The notes under the pieces are model-generated. The model had not been told where the DNA came from. It did no database searches and was given only the letters and a program-made list of their open reading frames with translations. Positions 1 through 9,781 of a stretch of 64,000 nt of DNA are shown here, piece by piece; position 1 is the first letter of the stretch; the number at the start of each line of letters is the position of its first letter. Source of the stretch: Dehalococcoidia bacterium (GTDB lineage Bacteria > Chloroflexota > Dehalococcoidia > GIF9 > DYGU01); NCBI GenBank assembly GCA_042408205.1, contig JBHOQK010000029.1, positions 1,407 to 65,406 of the forward strand, written 5' to 3'. The position numbers were made by a program, and so were the translations under genes.

Positions 1-273
1 TTAGGGTGGACTCCTTGCGTTGGTCCAATTCTTGGGGCAATCTTGACTCTCGCCCTAAGTTCTCAAACTTTAAGTTATGGTGGGACTCTCCTTGGTATTT
101 ACTCTTTAGGCTTAGGTACCCCCTTCATCTTGATGGGATTGGCTTTTGGTGCCCTAATGCCACTATGGAAAACTTTTAACCGCTATTCAAGTATCACCTC
201 TTTAGCCAGTGGATTTTTATTGATAGTCTTGGGAGCCTTTGTCGTCGCTAACAAATTATCTTGGTTCATATAA
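1..273 (+). CDS. ccdA: cytochrome c-type biogenesis / thiol-disulfide transporter CcdA (DsbD family), C-terminal fragment; gene runs off the 5' window edge
   Basis: Frame of the 43..273 ORF is open back to nt 1 (LGWTPCVGPILGAILTLALS...). It carries the conserved CcdA/DsbD second-Cys motif TPCVGP followed by hydrophobic helices, and is followed directly by a TlpA/ResA-type thioredoxin, as in ccdA-resA pairs. Confidence 0.7.
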   Translation, partial: LGWTPCVGPILGAILTLALSSQTLSYGGTLLGIYSLGLGTPFILMGLAFGALMPLWKTFNRYSSITSLASGFLLIVLGAFVVANKLSWFI

Positions 274-310
274 TTTACTACCGTTCCAAGCAAATAGAAA
301 GGAGAAAACT

Positions 311-814
311 ATGACCCAGCTTAAGACATTAATCCCTATTATTCCAGTTCTTCTATTGTTAATTGTTAGTTGCACCCGTTTTCAAGCCATCCCTCCCAGT
401 AGTCCTCAAGAAAGCAAAATAGCGCCCGATTTCACCTTGACCGATTTAAAGGGAGAAAGTGTTTCTTTAAAAGCGTTTAAGGGAAAACCAATATTACTTA
501 ATTTTTGGGCAAGTTGGTGTGGAGCTTGTCGCTATGAAATGCCTTATTTTCAGACAATTTTTACCGAAAAGACTGAAGTAATATTACTCACTATTAATAT
601 AAAGGAAAGTCAGCACACTGTTTCCGATTTTATGAAAAGAAATAACTACACTTTTCCAGTGCTACTAGATAGCGATGGCAAGGTTTCTCAGAAATACCAA
701 ATTCAAGCCATTCCAGTTACTTTCCTTATTGATAAAAATGGTATTATTAAAGGAGTTAAAGTCGGTGCCTTCCAGAATAAAGCCGAAATAGAGGATTTCC
801 TTAAGGGATTATAA
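311..814 (+). CDS. TlpA/ResA-like thiol-disulfide oxidoreductase (thioredoxin fold), lipoprotein
   Basis: WCGAC CxxC active site and AhpC/TSA-type fold motifs (LLNFWASWCGACRYEMP). The N-terminus MTQLKTLIPIIPVLLLLIVSC has a lipobox-like LIVSC. GGAGAAAA Shine-Dalgarno lies 5-6 nt before ATG 311; the longer 239 start in the ORF track has no Shine-Dalgarno. Confidence 0.8.
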   Translation: MTQLKTLIPIIPVLLLLIVSCTRFQAIPPSSPQESKIAPDFTLTDLKGESVSLKAFKGKPILLNFWASWCGACRYEMPYFQTIFTEKTEVILLTINIKESQHTVSDFMKRNNYTFPVLLDSDGKVSQKYQIQAIPVTFLIDKNGIIKGVKVGAFQNKAEIEDFLKGL

Positions 815-2551
815 CTCTTCTTCGTCCTGACTAAATTCAACAATTTTCTTATTTTGGCGTAACCAGGTTAAGGCTTGATTAATATCAACTTCTTTCCAAC
901 CAGAGAAAGATAAAACCCGTTTTACGAATTCAAAACTTGCCTCATACTCCGGACTTATCAGCTCTACTACACCCAAGTCCTTAAGTAAATTAACTTCTTT
1001 AATTCGATGAGCTCGAGCTATAATTTTGAGTTTAGGATTTATCTTTAAAGCATTCTGGATTGTAGTGACTATTGCCAAAGGATCGGGAAAGGTTACCACC
1101 AGTATCTTAGCCTTAATTAAATTAATACGAGAAAGCACATGAAAATTACTGGCATCCCCATACATACAAGCTTTCTTTTGACATCGAAGGTCAAAAATAA
1201 GTTCTGGGTCAATTTCAATAACACTATAAGGTATACCTAACTTATCCAGACCCCGGGCAATATTTCGACCAATTGTTCCATAACCGGCAATGACCACAGG
1301 GCTTTCTACCTGCTCCATCTCAGACCCAGTTAGGGAAGAAACAGGTCTAGTTACCGAGGGCACGCGGGGCAGGGCTACAGCCAGCTTATGGGATAGCCAG
1401 GATACTAAATTCATAGACAGGGGTGTCAACAGCATAGTGATAATAGCCATACTGACAATTGAGAAATAAAATTCCTCAGAAACAAGACGCATTTCCACCC
1501 CAGCTCGTGCCAGGATAAAGCTAAATTCACCAATTTGAAATAAACCTGCGCTTGTTAGAAGAGCTATTCTGCTGCCATAACCAAAAAATCTGACAATGCT
1601 GAAAACAACCACCATTTTTATGAGAATTGCAATAGCCACTGCTATTCCTATCAATGACCAATTTTTGACCACAAACTGGGGACTTAAAAGCATGCCTAAA
1701 GAAACAAAGAACAGAGTAGCAAAGATATCCCTTAAAGGAGTAATTTCTGCCAGCGCTTGATGAACAAACTTCGACTCTCGCAGCACCAAACCAATCAGGA
1801 AAGCACCAAAAACAATTGAAAGTCCGAAAATATAAGTACCTAAAGCTGCTCCTAAACACAAAACCAGAATTGTGAGCAAAAACAATTCCCGGGATCGAAC
1901 TCCACCAATCTTGCCCATTAGCCACGGAAGTATCCAAACACCGGAAACAATCGCCACACCAATAAATAAAACTGCCTTGCCTACGGTCACACCCAGAGTA
2001 AATAACAGATTTCTTTCCAGTTCACCCAAAAGAGGTACAATCACCACCATAAAAACTACACTGATATCCTGGAGAATAAGAATAGCAATCATAATCCGCC
2101 CATGAGCTGAATCCAATTCACCCCGATCCATTAATATTTTGAGGCAAACCATTGTGCTACTCAGAGAGATAATGAGCCCAAACAAAATAGCTTGAAGAAG
2201 GGACCACGAGAAAAGAACTTTGCTCGCTATAACGCCAAAAACAAAGGTAGCTAAAATCTGGGCAATACCCCCATACAACCCTACCTTTCCCATCTGTCTT
2301 AATTGTCCAAAAGAAACTTCTAAGCCTAAAGTGAACATTAGCAGAGCTACACCGATAGTGGCAGCAACTTCAATCAGAGCTAAATCCCTTACTAAGCCGA
2401 GGGCATGAGGACCTACAATAACTCCGACAATAAGATAACCGAGAATGATTGGCTGCCGCAGCCGGTGGGCTATCATTCCTCCCACTAAAGCTGCGGCTAA
2501 TACTATAGCTAAATCAACGGCTGAACGTACCGGAGATACAGCTTCAATCAT
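809..2551 (-). CDS. CPA2-family monovalent cation:proton antiporter (KefB/YbaL-like) with C-terminal RCK/TrkA-N and TrkA-C domains
   Basis: About 12 hydrophobic helices, then a Rossmann GxGxxG (VVIAGYGTIGRNIARGL) and a TrkA-C-like tail over 580 aa. Internal ORFs 1527..1937(-), 1872..2105(+) and 2220..2408(+) are alternative-frame artefacts. Confidence 0.85.
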   Translation of the reverse strand: MIEAVSPVRSAVDLAIVLAAALVGGMIAHRLRQPIILGYLIVGVIVGPHALGLVRDLALIEVAATIGVALLMFTLGLEVSFGQLRQMGKVGLYGGIAQILATFVFGVIASKVLFSWSLLQAILFGLIISLSSTMVCLKILMDRGELDSAHGRIMIAILILQDISVVFMVVIVPLLGELERNLLFTLGVTVGKAVLFIGVAIVSGVWILPWLMGKIGGVRSRELFLLTILVLCLGAALGTYIFGLSIVFGAFLIGLVLRESKFVHQALAEITPLRDIFATLFFVSLGMLLSPQFVVKNWSLIGIAVAIAILIKMVVVFSIVRFFGYGSRIALLTSAGLFQIGEFSFILARAGVEMRLVSEEFYFSIVSMAIITMLLTPLSMNLVSWLSHKLAVALPRVPSVTRPVSSLTGSEMEQVESPVVIAGYGTIGRNIARGLDKLGIPYSVIEIDPELIFDLRCQKKACMYGDASNFHVLSRINLIKAKILVVTFPDPLAIVTTIQNALKINPKLKIIARAHRIKEVNLLKDLGVVELISPEYEASFEFVKRVLSFSGWKEVDINQALTWLRQNKKIVEFSQDEEEL

Positions 2552-2853
2552 CCAAAATTAAGCATACCTATTCTATCATAAAGTTTTGTTCTCTATATGA
2601 AATTTATGGCAAAGAATTGGTCTTGAGACGAAATTTAAAGAAACTCGTTACCTTATGCTCATCGGATAGAAGTTACATGACAAAGTTTTTATTCCCAAGC
2701 AGTCTTCCCAGGCAAAAAACATCTATTTAACCAACCCAATTTAAACAAAATCTCTTTTTAGGGACTTCTACAAGGGAGAACAGTCAAATTTTAACTAAAA
2801 GTTAATGAGAAGAATAAAATCTTGGGGGATGAATTTTTCGTATTTCTATAAAA

Positions 2854-2927
2854 TCGGGGTGAGAGGATTTGAACCTCCGACCACCTGAACCCCATTCAGG
2901 TGCGCTACCAGGCTGCGCCACACCCCG
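2854..2927 (-). tRNA. tRNA-Pro (anticodon GGG)
   Basis: Reverse complement folds as a cloverleaf. Acceptor CGGGGTG/CACCCCG; D-stem GCGC/GCGC; anticodon stem CCTGA/TCAGG with loop ATGGGGT (U33, GGG at 34-36, G37); T-arm GGAGG-TTCAAAT-CCTCT; discriminator A. CCA is not encoded. Confidence 0.85.
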
Positions 2928-2997
2928 TCGCCTTATCTTTAATAATATGTTATCATAATCCAGATAATTAATACAATTTCAGATTCGGAGCCTTCCT

Positions 2998-4263
2998 GTG
3001 GCAAAAAAGAGCAAAAAAGTTGAACTTAAGCCAGCACTCACCAAGCGCCAATTAGCTAAATGGCAGCGGCAACAACGATGGCAGCACATAACTATAGCCA
3101 TTGGAGGTCTCTTCTTAGTCTTTATCTTAAGCTATGTTAGTTACGGATATTACACTAATGAAATTGCGCCATTACGTCAGCCAATAACTAAGGTGAATGA
3201 TACTGTTTTTACTATGGATTATTACCTGGAAGCCCTTCGTTTTTATAGCCGCGGTCAACAGCCTTCTGTAGTTTCTTTTTTAGCACATAGAATTGTTGGC
3301 ATTATTCAAGATAACGAGTTGATAAAACAAGGAGCCGAAAAGTTAGGAATTATGATAAAAGAGGAAGAAATAGACCGAGAGCTCAAAAGATTTAAATTGA
3401 CTAATAACCAGGCAGTTAGAGACATCATCCGGGGGCAATTATTACGAGAAAAGTTAATGAAGGAGTATTTTTCGGCTAAAATTCCCCCAGTGGGAGAACA
3501 AGTTAAAATTCAAGCTATCTTTTTGGAAAGCAAGAAAACTGCTGCGGAAGTAATTGCTAAAATAGAAGAAGGAGAAGACTTTGTCTTTTTGGCAAAAGAA
3601 TTTTCCCAGGAAACCCAAACGCGAACTAAAGGTGGTGACTTAGGCTGGCTACCTAAAGGACTGGCTAAGATTCTATTTGGAAGTTCTCTCCTTGAGGAAA
3701 TTGCCTTTTCTTTAGAGCCAGGAAAATTAAGCCAACCGGTATATGATGCCGAGGTTACCAAGAATAGTGGCTACTGGCTCATAAAAATGCTGGATAAAAA
3801 AGATAAGGAAAATGTACACATAAAAGTAATGCTACTGGGAACTGAAGAAGAAGCTGAAAAAATAAAAGCCAAATTAGAAGCAGGGGAAGATTTTGACAAT
3901 TTAGCTAAAGAACTTTCTCAACATCTGGAGAGTAAGGACAAAGGGGGCGATTTAGGCTGGAAGACCAAGGAAGAATTAGAGACTATTGGGATTAGATTCA
4001 GTAAAGTTACCCTGGCTTTAGAAAAAGGACAAGTTAGCGAACCAGTCAGGGATGGCAGTGTCCAAACTAAAGGAGGTTATTGGTTAATCAAAGTTTTAGA
4101 CAAAGACCAAAATCGACAAATTGAGGCGGATGCCTTAGAGAAATTAAAAAATCAAGCCTTTAATGACTGGTTCTCGGAATTAAAGGACAATAGTAAATTA
4201 GAAAATTATGTAGATGAAAAGAAAAGGTCCTGGGCAATAGCCCGTATTAGTAAAGGAGGATGA
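2998..4263 (+). CDS. peptidyl-prolyl cis-trans isomerase, SurA/PrsA-like, with two parvulin (rotamase) domains and an N-terminal membrane anchor
   Basis: N-terminal TM helix (ITIAIGGLFLVFILSYV). Two repeated parvulin cores each carry GGDLGW...GYWLIK. GTG start with GGAG upstream. Confidence 0.8.
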   Translation: MAKKSKKVELKPALTKRQLAKWQRQQRWQHITIAIGGLFLVFILSYVSYGYYTNEIAPLRQPITKVNDTVFTMDYYLEALRFYSRGQQPSVVSFLAHRIVGIIQDNELIKQGAEKLGIMIKEEEIDRELKRFKLTNNQAVRDIIRGQLLREKLMKEYFSAKIPPVGEQVKIQAIFLESKKTAAEVIAKIEEGEDFVFLAKEFSQETQTRTKGGDLGWLPKGLAKILFGSSLLEEIAFSLEPGKLSQPVYDAEVTKNSGYWLIKMLDKKDKENVHIKVMLLGTEEEAEKIKAKLEAGEDFDNLAKELSQHLESKDKGGDLGWKTKEELETIGIRFSKVTLALEKGQVSEPVRDGSVQTKGGYWLIKVLDKDQNRQIEADALEKLKNQAFNDWFSELKDNSKLENYVDEKKRSWAIARISKGG

Positions 4264-5567
4264 AAATAACCATGGTTAGCAAGAAGGCTATTGGTATTGG
4301 TTTGATGGGCTTAGGGGTAATTGGTAGTGGTGTAGCAAAGGTCTTGATGGGAAAGGGAGATATTTTAGCTAAGCAAGTTGGTAGCCCGTTAGTGTTGAAG
4401 AAAGTTTTAGAAAAAGATTTAACCAAGCATGGCTCCTTAGGAATTGAGCTAAACCTTTTCACCACTAATTTTTCTGACATAATTAATCATCCTGAGATAG
4501 ATATAGTTATTGAACTCATTGGCGGTGAATATCCAGCTGTTGACTATATAAAAGAAGCTCTCATATCTGGTAAGCACGTAGTTACTGCTAATAAAGAAGT
4601 TATGGCTAAGCATGGCTACGAATTACTGTCTTTAGCCCAACAACACCAGGTAGCTCTTCGCTTTGAAGCCAGTGTTGGGGGAGGCATACCTTTAATTGCC
4701 CCATTTCAGGAGGACTTGGTAGCCAATGATATCTCCGCTATTTATGGCATCGTTAATGGCACGACTAACTATATTTTAACTCAGATGGAACAGGGGTTAG
4801 ACTTTTCTGTAGCTTTGAAACAAGCTCAAGAATTAGGTTATGCGGAGCGAGACCCGAGTAAGGACATTGAAGGGTTGGATGCGGCTTACAAAATAGCCAT
4901 ATTATCTACCTTAGCTTTTCGGACTAAGGTAACCCCGGAGGATGTTTACTGTGAAGGGATTTCACGCCTGGAAACCAAAGACTTCCGCTATGCCAGAGAA
5001 TTAGGTTATGCCATCAAGTTGCTGGCTATTGCTAAAAAAAGTAATCAGACAATAGAAGTTAGGGTTCATCCCGTTTTTATCCCAGAAAATTTTTTACTGG
5101 CTAAAGTCAGCGGTGTTTATAATGCTGTACAAGTAGAGGGAGATTTGGTGGGCAAGATAATATTTTATGGTCAGGGTGCCGGTCCTTTGCCCACTTCCAG
5201 TGCTGTTATTGCTGATGTAATAGCTATAGCCCAGGGCATCAACTACGGGATAAGTCATTACCCCAGGTTATCCTTTGGTTCTTCTAAAACTATAAAACCT
5301 ATATCTCAATTAGAAACACGCTACTATTTCCGAATGAATGTCGCCGACCGCCCTGGTGTCTTGGCACAGATATCAAAGATCCTCGGAGACCACCTGATTA
5401 GTATTTCTGCAGTAATACAGAAAGAAAGTGACCCGGTAGCTCAAACAGCTGAAATTGTCATCATGACTCACCCGGCTAAGGAGCAAGCCGTCCAAGAAGC
5501 TTTAAAGGAAATGGAAAAATTGCCTGTGGTTAAGAAAATTAACAATTTAGTCAGGGTAGAAACTTAA
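4260..5567 (+). CDS. hom: homoserine dehydrogenase with C-terminal ACT domain
   Basis: NAD-binding N-terminus (GIGLMGLGVIGSGV), Hom catalytic core and a C-terminal ACT-like segment. ATG 4260 overlaps the upstream TGA (ATGA coupling); ATG 4272 is an alternative start 11-12 nt after GGAGGA. Confidence 0.9.
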   Translation: MKITMVSKKAIGIGLMGLGVIGSGVAKVLMGKGDILAKQVGSPLVLKKVLEKDLTKHGSLGIELNLFTTNFSDIINHPEIDIVIELIGGEYPAVDYIKEALISGKHVVTANKEVMAKHGYELLSLAQQHQVALRFEASVGGGIPLIAPFQEDLVANDISAIYGIVNGTTNYILTQMEQGLDFSVALKQAQELGYAERDPSKDIEGLDAAYKIAILSTLAFRTKVTPEDVYCEGISRLETKDFRYARELGYAIKLLAIAKKSNQTIEVRVHPVFIPENFLLAKVSGVYNAVQVEGDLVGKIIFYGQGAGPLPTSSAVIADVIAIAQGINYGISHYPRLSFGSSKTIKPISQLETRYYFRMNVADRPGVLAQISKILGDHLISISAVIQKESDPVAQTAEIVIMTHPAKEQAVQEALKEMEKLPVVKKINNLVRVET

Positions 5568-6617
5568 ATGAGAGGTGTCTTATTCAAATACAAAGATTTT
5601 TTGCCCATTACCCCTAAAACACCCCTTATTACCCTTGGTGAAGGAGATACTCCTTTAGTTAGGTCTAATACTTTAGAAAAAGAAATTAACTGTGGTGAGC
5701 TTTACTTTAAACTGGAAGGATGCAATCCTACCGGCTCATTCAAAGACCGGGGCATGGTAGTAGCGGTAGCCAAAGCGATGGAACAAGGCAGCTTAAGCCT
5801 AATTTGTGCTTCCACAGGTAATACCAGTGCCTCAGCAGCAGCTTATGGTGCTCGCTTTGGTCTTAAGGTTATTGTAATAGTACCTAAAGGGAAAATAGCT
5901 ATGGGGAAATTTGCCCAAGCTATCGCCTATGGAGCCAAAATAGTCAGTCTAAAAGGTAATTTTGACCAAGCGCTTAAAATAGTTCGCAATTTAGCCCAAA
6001 AACATCCCCTTACCTTAGTTAATTCAGTAAATCCTTATCGGATTGAAGGTCAAAAGACAGCCGCCTTTGAAATTATTGACAGCCTTGGCGAGGCTCCTGA
6101 TTATCTTTTTATCCCAGTAGGGAATGCTGGTAACATTACCGCTTATTGGAAAGGCTTTAAAGAATATTACCAGGCAGGCAAGGCAAAAAAAACACCCAGA
6201 ATGATGGGGTTTCAGGCTGAGGGGGCAGCTCCTATTGTCCAAGGAAAAGTCATTGAACGCCCTAAAACTATAGCCACCGCTATCCGAATTGGCAATCCAG
6301 CAAGCTGGCAAGGAGCTGTAACCGCTCGGGATGAATCAAAAGGGGTTATCGATTGTGTAAGTGACGAAGAAATTTTGACTGCTTACAAGCTCTTAGCTGT
6401 AAAAGAAGGTATCTTTGGGGAATTAGCTTCGGCAGCTTCTGTAGCCGGTTTAATTAAAATGGTAAAACAGGGTCTCGATTTAAGAGGTAAAAAAGTAGTC
6501 TGTATTATTACCGGCAATGGGCTGAAAGATCCAAGTATCCCTATTAGACATGCGGAACCATTTTTGGAACTACCACCTGATATAGCTACCATTGAGCAAG
6601 CTTTCGGCTGGAACTAA
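5568..6617 (+). CDS. thrC: threonine synthase
   Basis: PLP-lysine motif [10 protein letters not shown] and overall ThrC architecture. ATG follows directly on the hom stop. Confidence 0.92.
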   Translation: MRGVLFKYKDFLPITPKTPLITLGEGDTPLVRSNTLEKEINCGELYFKLEGCNPTGSFKDRGMVVAVAKAMEQGSLSLICASTGNTSASAAAYGARFGLKVIVIVPKGKIAMGKFAQAIAYGAKIVSLKGNFDQALKIVRNLAQKHPLTLVNSVNPYRIEGQKTAAFEIIDSLGEAPDYLFIPVGNAGNITAYWKGFKEYYQAGKAKKTPRMMGFQAEGAAPIVQGKVIERPKTIATAIRIGNPASWQGAVTARDESKGVIDCVSDEEILTAYKLLAVKEGIFGELASAASVAGLIKMVKQGLDLRGKKVVCIITGNGLKDPSIPIRHAEPFLELPPDIATIEQAFGWN

Positions 6618-6630
6618 AAGGAGGAAAAAC

Positions 6631-7215
6631 ATGACTAAAATAGTTACCGAAAATATTGGCGAGTTTTATCAGCATTATCCAAAAGTAGCAGCTATAGTTA
6701 CAGCACAGGCGGGGACAAAGAAAAATGCTATGGCAGCTGCCTGGCATAGTGCTATCTCCTTTAAACCACCTCTCTACGGTGTATCTATTTCCCCCAAAAG
6801 ATTTACTTATCCCCTTATTGTGGAAAGCCGAGAGTTTGGGATCAATTTTGTCCCTTTTGAGTTAGCTGAACTTATCGCTTCTGTCGGTGGGAGTAAAGGG
6901 GAAAAGATAAATAAATTCGAAAAATTTAATATCCTTGAAGACAAACCTATAAAAACCACTGCCCCAATATTGAAAGAGGCTTACGCTGCTTACGAATGTA
7001 AATTAATTGACCACCAAGTATATGGTGACCATGTTTGGGTGGTTGGAGAGATTGTAGCAGTTCATTTTCAAAAAGAAGCTTTTACTACTAAGCAAGTTAT
7101 TGATCTTGAACGAGTGAAGCCAGCCCTTTACCTCGGGGCTGACCTTTATACCACAATAGATAAAAATAGTCTTCGGCTTCTGGAACGAGAAACCTACGGA
7201 AGAAGAGGAGGCTAA
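6631..7215 (+). CDS. flavin reductase-like (FMN-binding split-barrel) domain protein
   Basis: Flavin reductase-like domain signature (AAWHSAISFKPPLYGVSI...). AAAGGAGGAAAAAC Shine-Dalgarno precedes ATG 6631, so the 6592 start in the ORF track is probably too long. Confidence 0.7.
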   Translation: MTKIVTENIGEFYQHYPKVAAIVTAQAGTKKNAMAAAWHSAISFKPPLYGVSISPKRFTYPLIVESREFGINFVPFELAELIASVGGSKGEKINKFEKFNILEDKPIKTTAPILKEAYAAYECKLIDHQVYGDHVWVVGEIVAVHFQKEAFTTKQVIDLERVKPALYLGADLYTTIDKNSLRLLERETYGRRGG

Positions 7216-7216
7216 A

Positions 7217-7783
7217 TTGGTTGATGTTAAAAAAGTTGAGACAGCTGTTTCATCGATCCTTGAAGCTATTGGGGAAAATCCCCACCGGGAAGGGATAGCG
7301 GAGACCCCACGCCGAATTGCGGAAATGTATGCCGAACTTTTCTCGGGAATAGACAAAGACCCGAAAGTAGAATTAATGACTGAGTTTGAAGAAGGTCACC
7401 GAGAGATGATAATTCTGAAAGACATTCCCTTTTACTCTATGTGTGAACATCACTTGTTACCTTTTTATGGAATAGTCCACATCGGATATATTCCAAACAA
7501 AAATGGGCGAGTGGTTGGGATAAGCAAATTAGCTCGAGTTGTCGAGATTTTGGCTCGGCGTCCTCAACTTCAAGAGCGAATGACAACCCAAATTGCCGAT
7601 ACTATTCTTCAAGCTCTCCAGCCTGATGGAGTAGCCGTAATTATTCAGGCGGAGCATTTATGCATGATCATGAGAGGGATCAAAAAGCCGGGTAGTTACG
7701 TAATTACTTCAGCCACCAGGGGACTTTTCCGGACTAAAGCTGCGACTCGAGCTGAATTTTTAGCCTTAGTTCAGGGAAAATAA
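7217..7783 (+). CDS. folE: GTP cyclohydrolase I (FolE type I)
   Basis: Zinc/active-site motif CEHHLLPF, conserved GISKLARVVE and size (188 aa). Confidence 0.92.
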   Translation: MVDVKKVETAVSSILEAIGENPHREGIAETPRRIAEMYAELFSGIDKDPKVELMTEFEEGHREMIILKDIPFYSMCEHHLLPFYGIVHIGYIPNKNGRVVGISKLARVVEILARRPQLQERMTTQIADTILQALQPDGVAVIIQAEHLCMIMRGIKKPGSYVITSATRGLFRTKAATRAEFLALVQGK

Positions 7784-7841
7784 TCTTATAGAACTCTGGG
7801 AAAATTTTTAAAGAAAGTTTTACCGGGCTTACGACCTCCCC

Positions 7842-9089
7842 TTATTCATAGCGTAAAGCTTGGATTGGATCAAGTCGAGAAGCTCTAAAAGCCGGATAAA
7901 AACCAGAAGCTAAGCCAACAAATACAGCTACCGCCAAAGCAATAAGGACAATGTCAGGGGACATAGGAGCTTTAACAGGATAAGGACCGATTCGTACCCC
8001 AGTAATTAAGCGAGTTCCTATGGCAGCTATCAAAACGCCTATAGCGCCTCCAGTAAGACTAAGAGTAGCTGCTTCCACCAAAAATTGACGCAAGATATCT
8101 CGATTTTTAGCTCCAACCGCCTTGCGAATACCAATTTCCCGAGTTCGCTCAGCTACAGAGACAAGCATTATATTCATAATGCCAATGCCTCCAACAAGCA
8201 AAGAGATGCCACCAACACTACCCAAGAACACCTGAAAAATAGCTAGTACCTCCCTCATCCGATTAAGGATCTCCTGCATATTAAAGATGGCAAAATCATC
8301 ATCTTCACCCTCTTTGATCCGATGACGTTGACGTAGAATAGAGGTAATTTCTTCACTGGCAGTATTTAAATGGTTAATACTTATCGGCTTAACTGCAATG
8401 GCTTGAACGGGTTGTCCTCGAGGAGTAGTCACCCCTAAGATTTTGGCTTGCATAGTCGATAAAGGGATTATAACAAAGTCATCCATAGCTGCCATAAAAG
8501 CTCCCTTCTTTTCTAAAACCCCGATGACTTCAAAGTTGCGCCCATTAATTTTAATTTTCTCTCCAAGAGGATTTCGGCTACCAAAAAGGTCCTTAGCTGT
8601 TTTATCCCCGAGAACAGCCACACTAGCTTTTCTTTTTTCATCCTCTTCAGAAATGAAAACACCTTTAGCCATGGAATATCTTAATATATGCAAAGCTTCA
8701 GAAGTAGTTCCAATGATGGTAGTCGTAGTGTTTTCCTTTTCAAAGGATAAGTTACCCATACTTTGAATGATGGGGGTGACTAAACTGATAGAAGGAGCCT
8801 TGACAGGATCCTTGAGGGCTTTTGCATCTTCCAGAGTAAGAGAGGCAGTAGCACCAGTCATTTCCTGTAATGCCTGAGTTGTTACGCTCTTGGCTCCTGT
8901 AACATAAAGGAGGTCAGCTCCCATACTCTCAAAGACAGCCGTAACATTAGCCTGGTGTCCTCGTCCAAAAGATACCAGAAAGACAACAGCGCTAACACCA
9001 ATTATGATGCCAAGTATGGTCAGAGCTGAACGCAATTTATTAACCAGTAAAGCCCGCCAGGCGGTGATAAAGCTCTCCCAAAGACTCAT
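7842..9089 (-). CDS. MacB/FtsX-family ABC transporter permease (MacB-like periplasmic domain plus 4-TM FtsX core)
   Basis: N-terminal TM, then a large extracytoplasmic MacB_PCD-like domain, then the C-terminal FtsX 3-TM bundle. 4-nt overlap with the upstream ATPase gene. Confidence 0.85.
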   Translation of the reverse strand: MSLWESFITAWRALLVNKLRSALTILGIIIGVSAVVFLVSFGRGHQANVTAVFESMGADLLYVTGAKSVTTQALQEMTGATASLTLEDAKALKDPVKAPSISLVTPIIQSMGNLSFEKENTTTTIIGTTSEALHILRYSMAKGVFISEEDEKRKASVAVLGDKTAKDLFGSRNPLGEKIKINGRNFEVIGVLEKKGAFMAAMDDFVIIPLSTMQAKILGVTTPRGQPVQAIAVKPISINHLNTASEEITSILRQRHRIKEGEDDDFAIFNMQEILNRMREVLAIFQVFLGSVGGISLLVGGIGIMNIMLVSVAERTREIGIRKAVGAKNRDILRQFLVEAATLSLTGGAIGVLIAAIGTRLITGVRIGPYPVKAPMSPDIVLIALAVAVFVGLASGFYPAFRASRLDPIQALRYE

Positions 9090-9781
9090 CTTTTTACTTC
9101 ACTCACTATCTGTCCATCCCGTAGGTAAATAGTTCGTCGGGTATAAGCAACTATATCGGTTTCATGAGTCACAACCACAATGGTAATTCCTTTCTGATTC
9201 AACTCCCTCAAGATGAGCATAATCTCGTTACTTGTTTTACTGTCCAGATTTCCTGTAGGTTCATCGGCTAAAATTAAGGAGGGATTATTGACTAAAGCCC
9301 GAGCAATAGCTACCCGCTGCTGCTCTCCCCCGGATAACTGGCTGGGAAGGTGATGAGCCCGGTGAGCTAAGCCCACCAATTCCAAGGCATTAAGGGCAAG
9401 CTTACGTCGATTATGAACTCCACCATAAATTAAGGGCAATTCCACGTTAGCTAAAGCATTAACTCGGGGTAATAAATTAAAAAATTGGAAGACAAAGCCT
9501 ATTTTCTTATTCCTTATTTCAGCTAACTGGTCTTCTTTTAACCAACTGACATCCATGCCTTCAAATTCATACTTCCCTGAAGTAGGTCTATCAAGACAGC
9601 CAAGGATATGCATCAGGGTAGACTTACCTGAACCTGAAGGTCCTAAAATAGAAATAAATTCACCTTCTTCTATTTGAAGGTTCACTCCATTTAAGGCTCT
9701 GACTTCTACAGCCCCTGTTTTATAGACCTTTACTATATTCTCTAACTTAATCATGCTAAAAGAACCGGGGCACTGGGGCAC
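9086..9781 (-). CDS. ABC transporter ATP-binding protein, MacB/LolD-type
   Basis: Walker [10 protein letters not shown], signature LSGGEQQR, Walker B ILADEPT, H-loop. Confidence 0.9.
   Translation of the reverse strand: MPQCPGSFSMIKLENIVKVYKTGAVEVRALNGVNLQIEEGEFISILGPSGSGKSTLMHILGCLDRPTSGKYEFEGMDVSWLKEDQLAEIRNKKIGFVFQFFNLLPRVNALANVELPLIYGGVHNRRKLALNALELVGLAHRAHHLPSQLSGGEQQRVAIARALVNNPSLILADEPTGNLDSKTSNEIMLILRELNQKGITIVVVTHETDIVAYTRRTIYLRDGQIVSEVKR

Noticed and set aside
1527-2408. Nested ORFs inside the antiporter gene (1527..1937 -, 1872..2105 +, 2220..2408 +), and similar nested ORFs inside carB, carA, pyrC, ftsK, udg, mfd, proB and others
   Set aside because: They sit fully within long, well-supported genes in other frames, give low-complexity translations, and lack Shine-Dalgarno sequences. 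These are typical six-frame noise.
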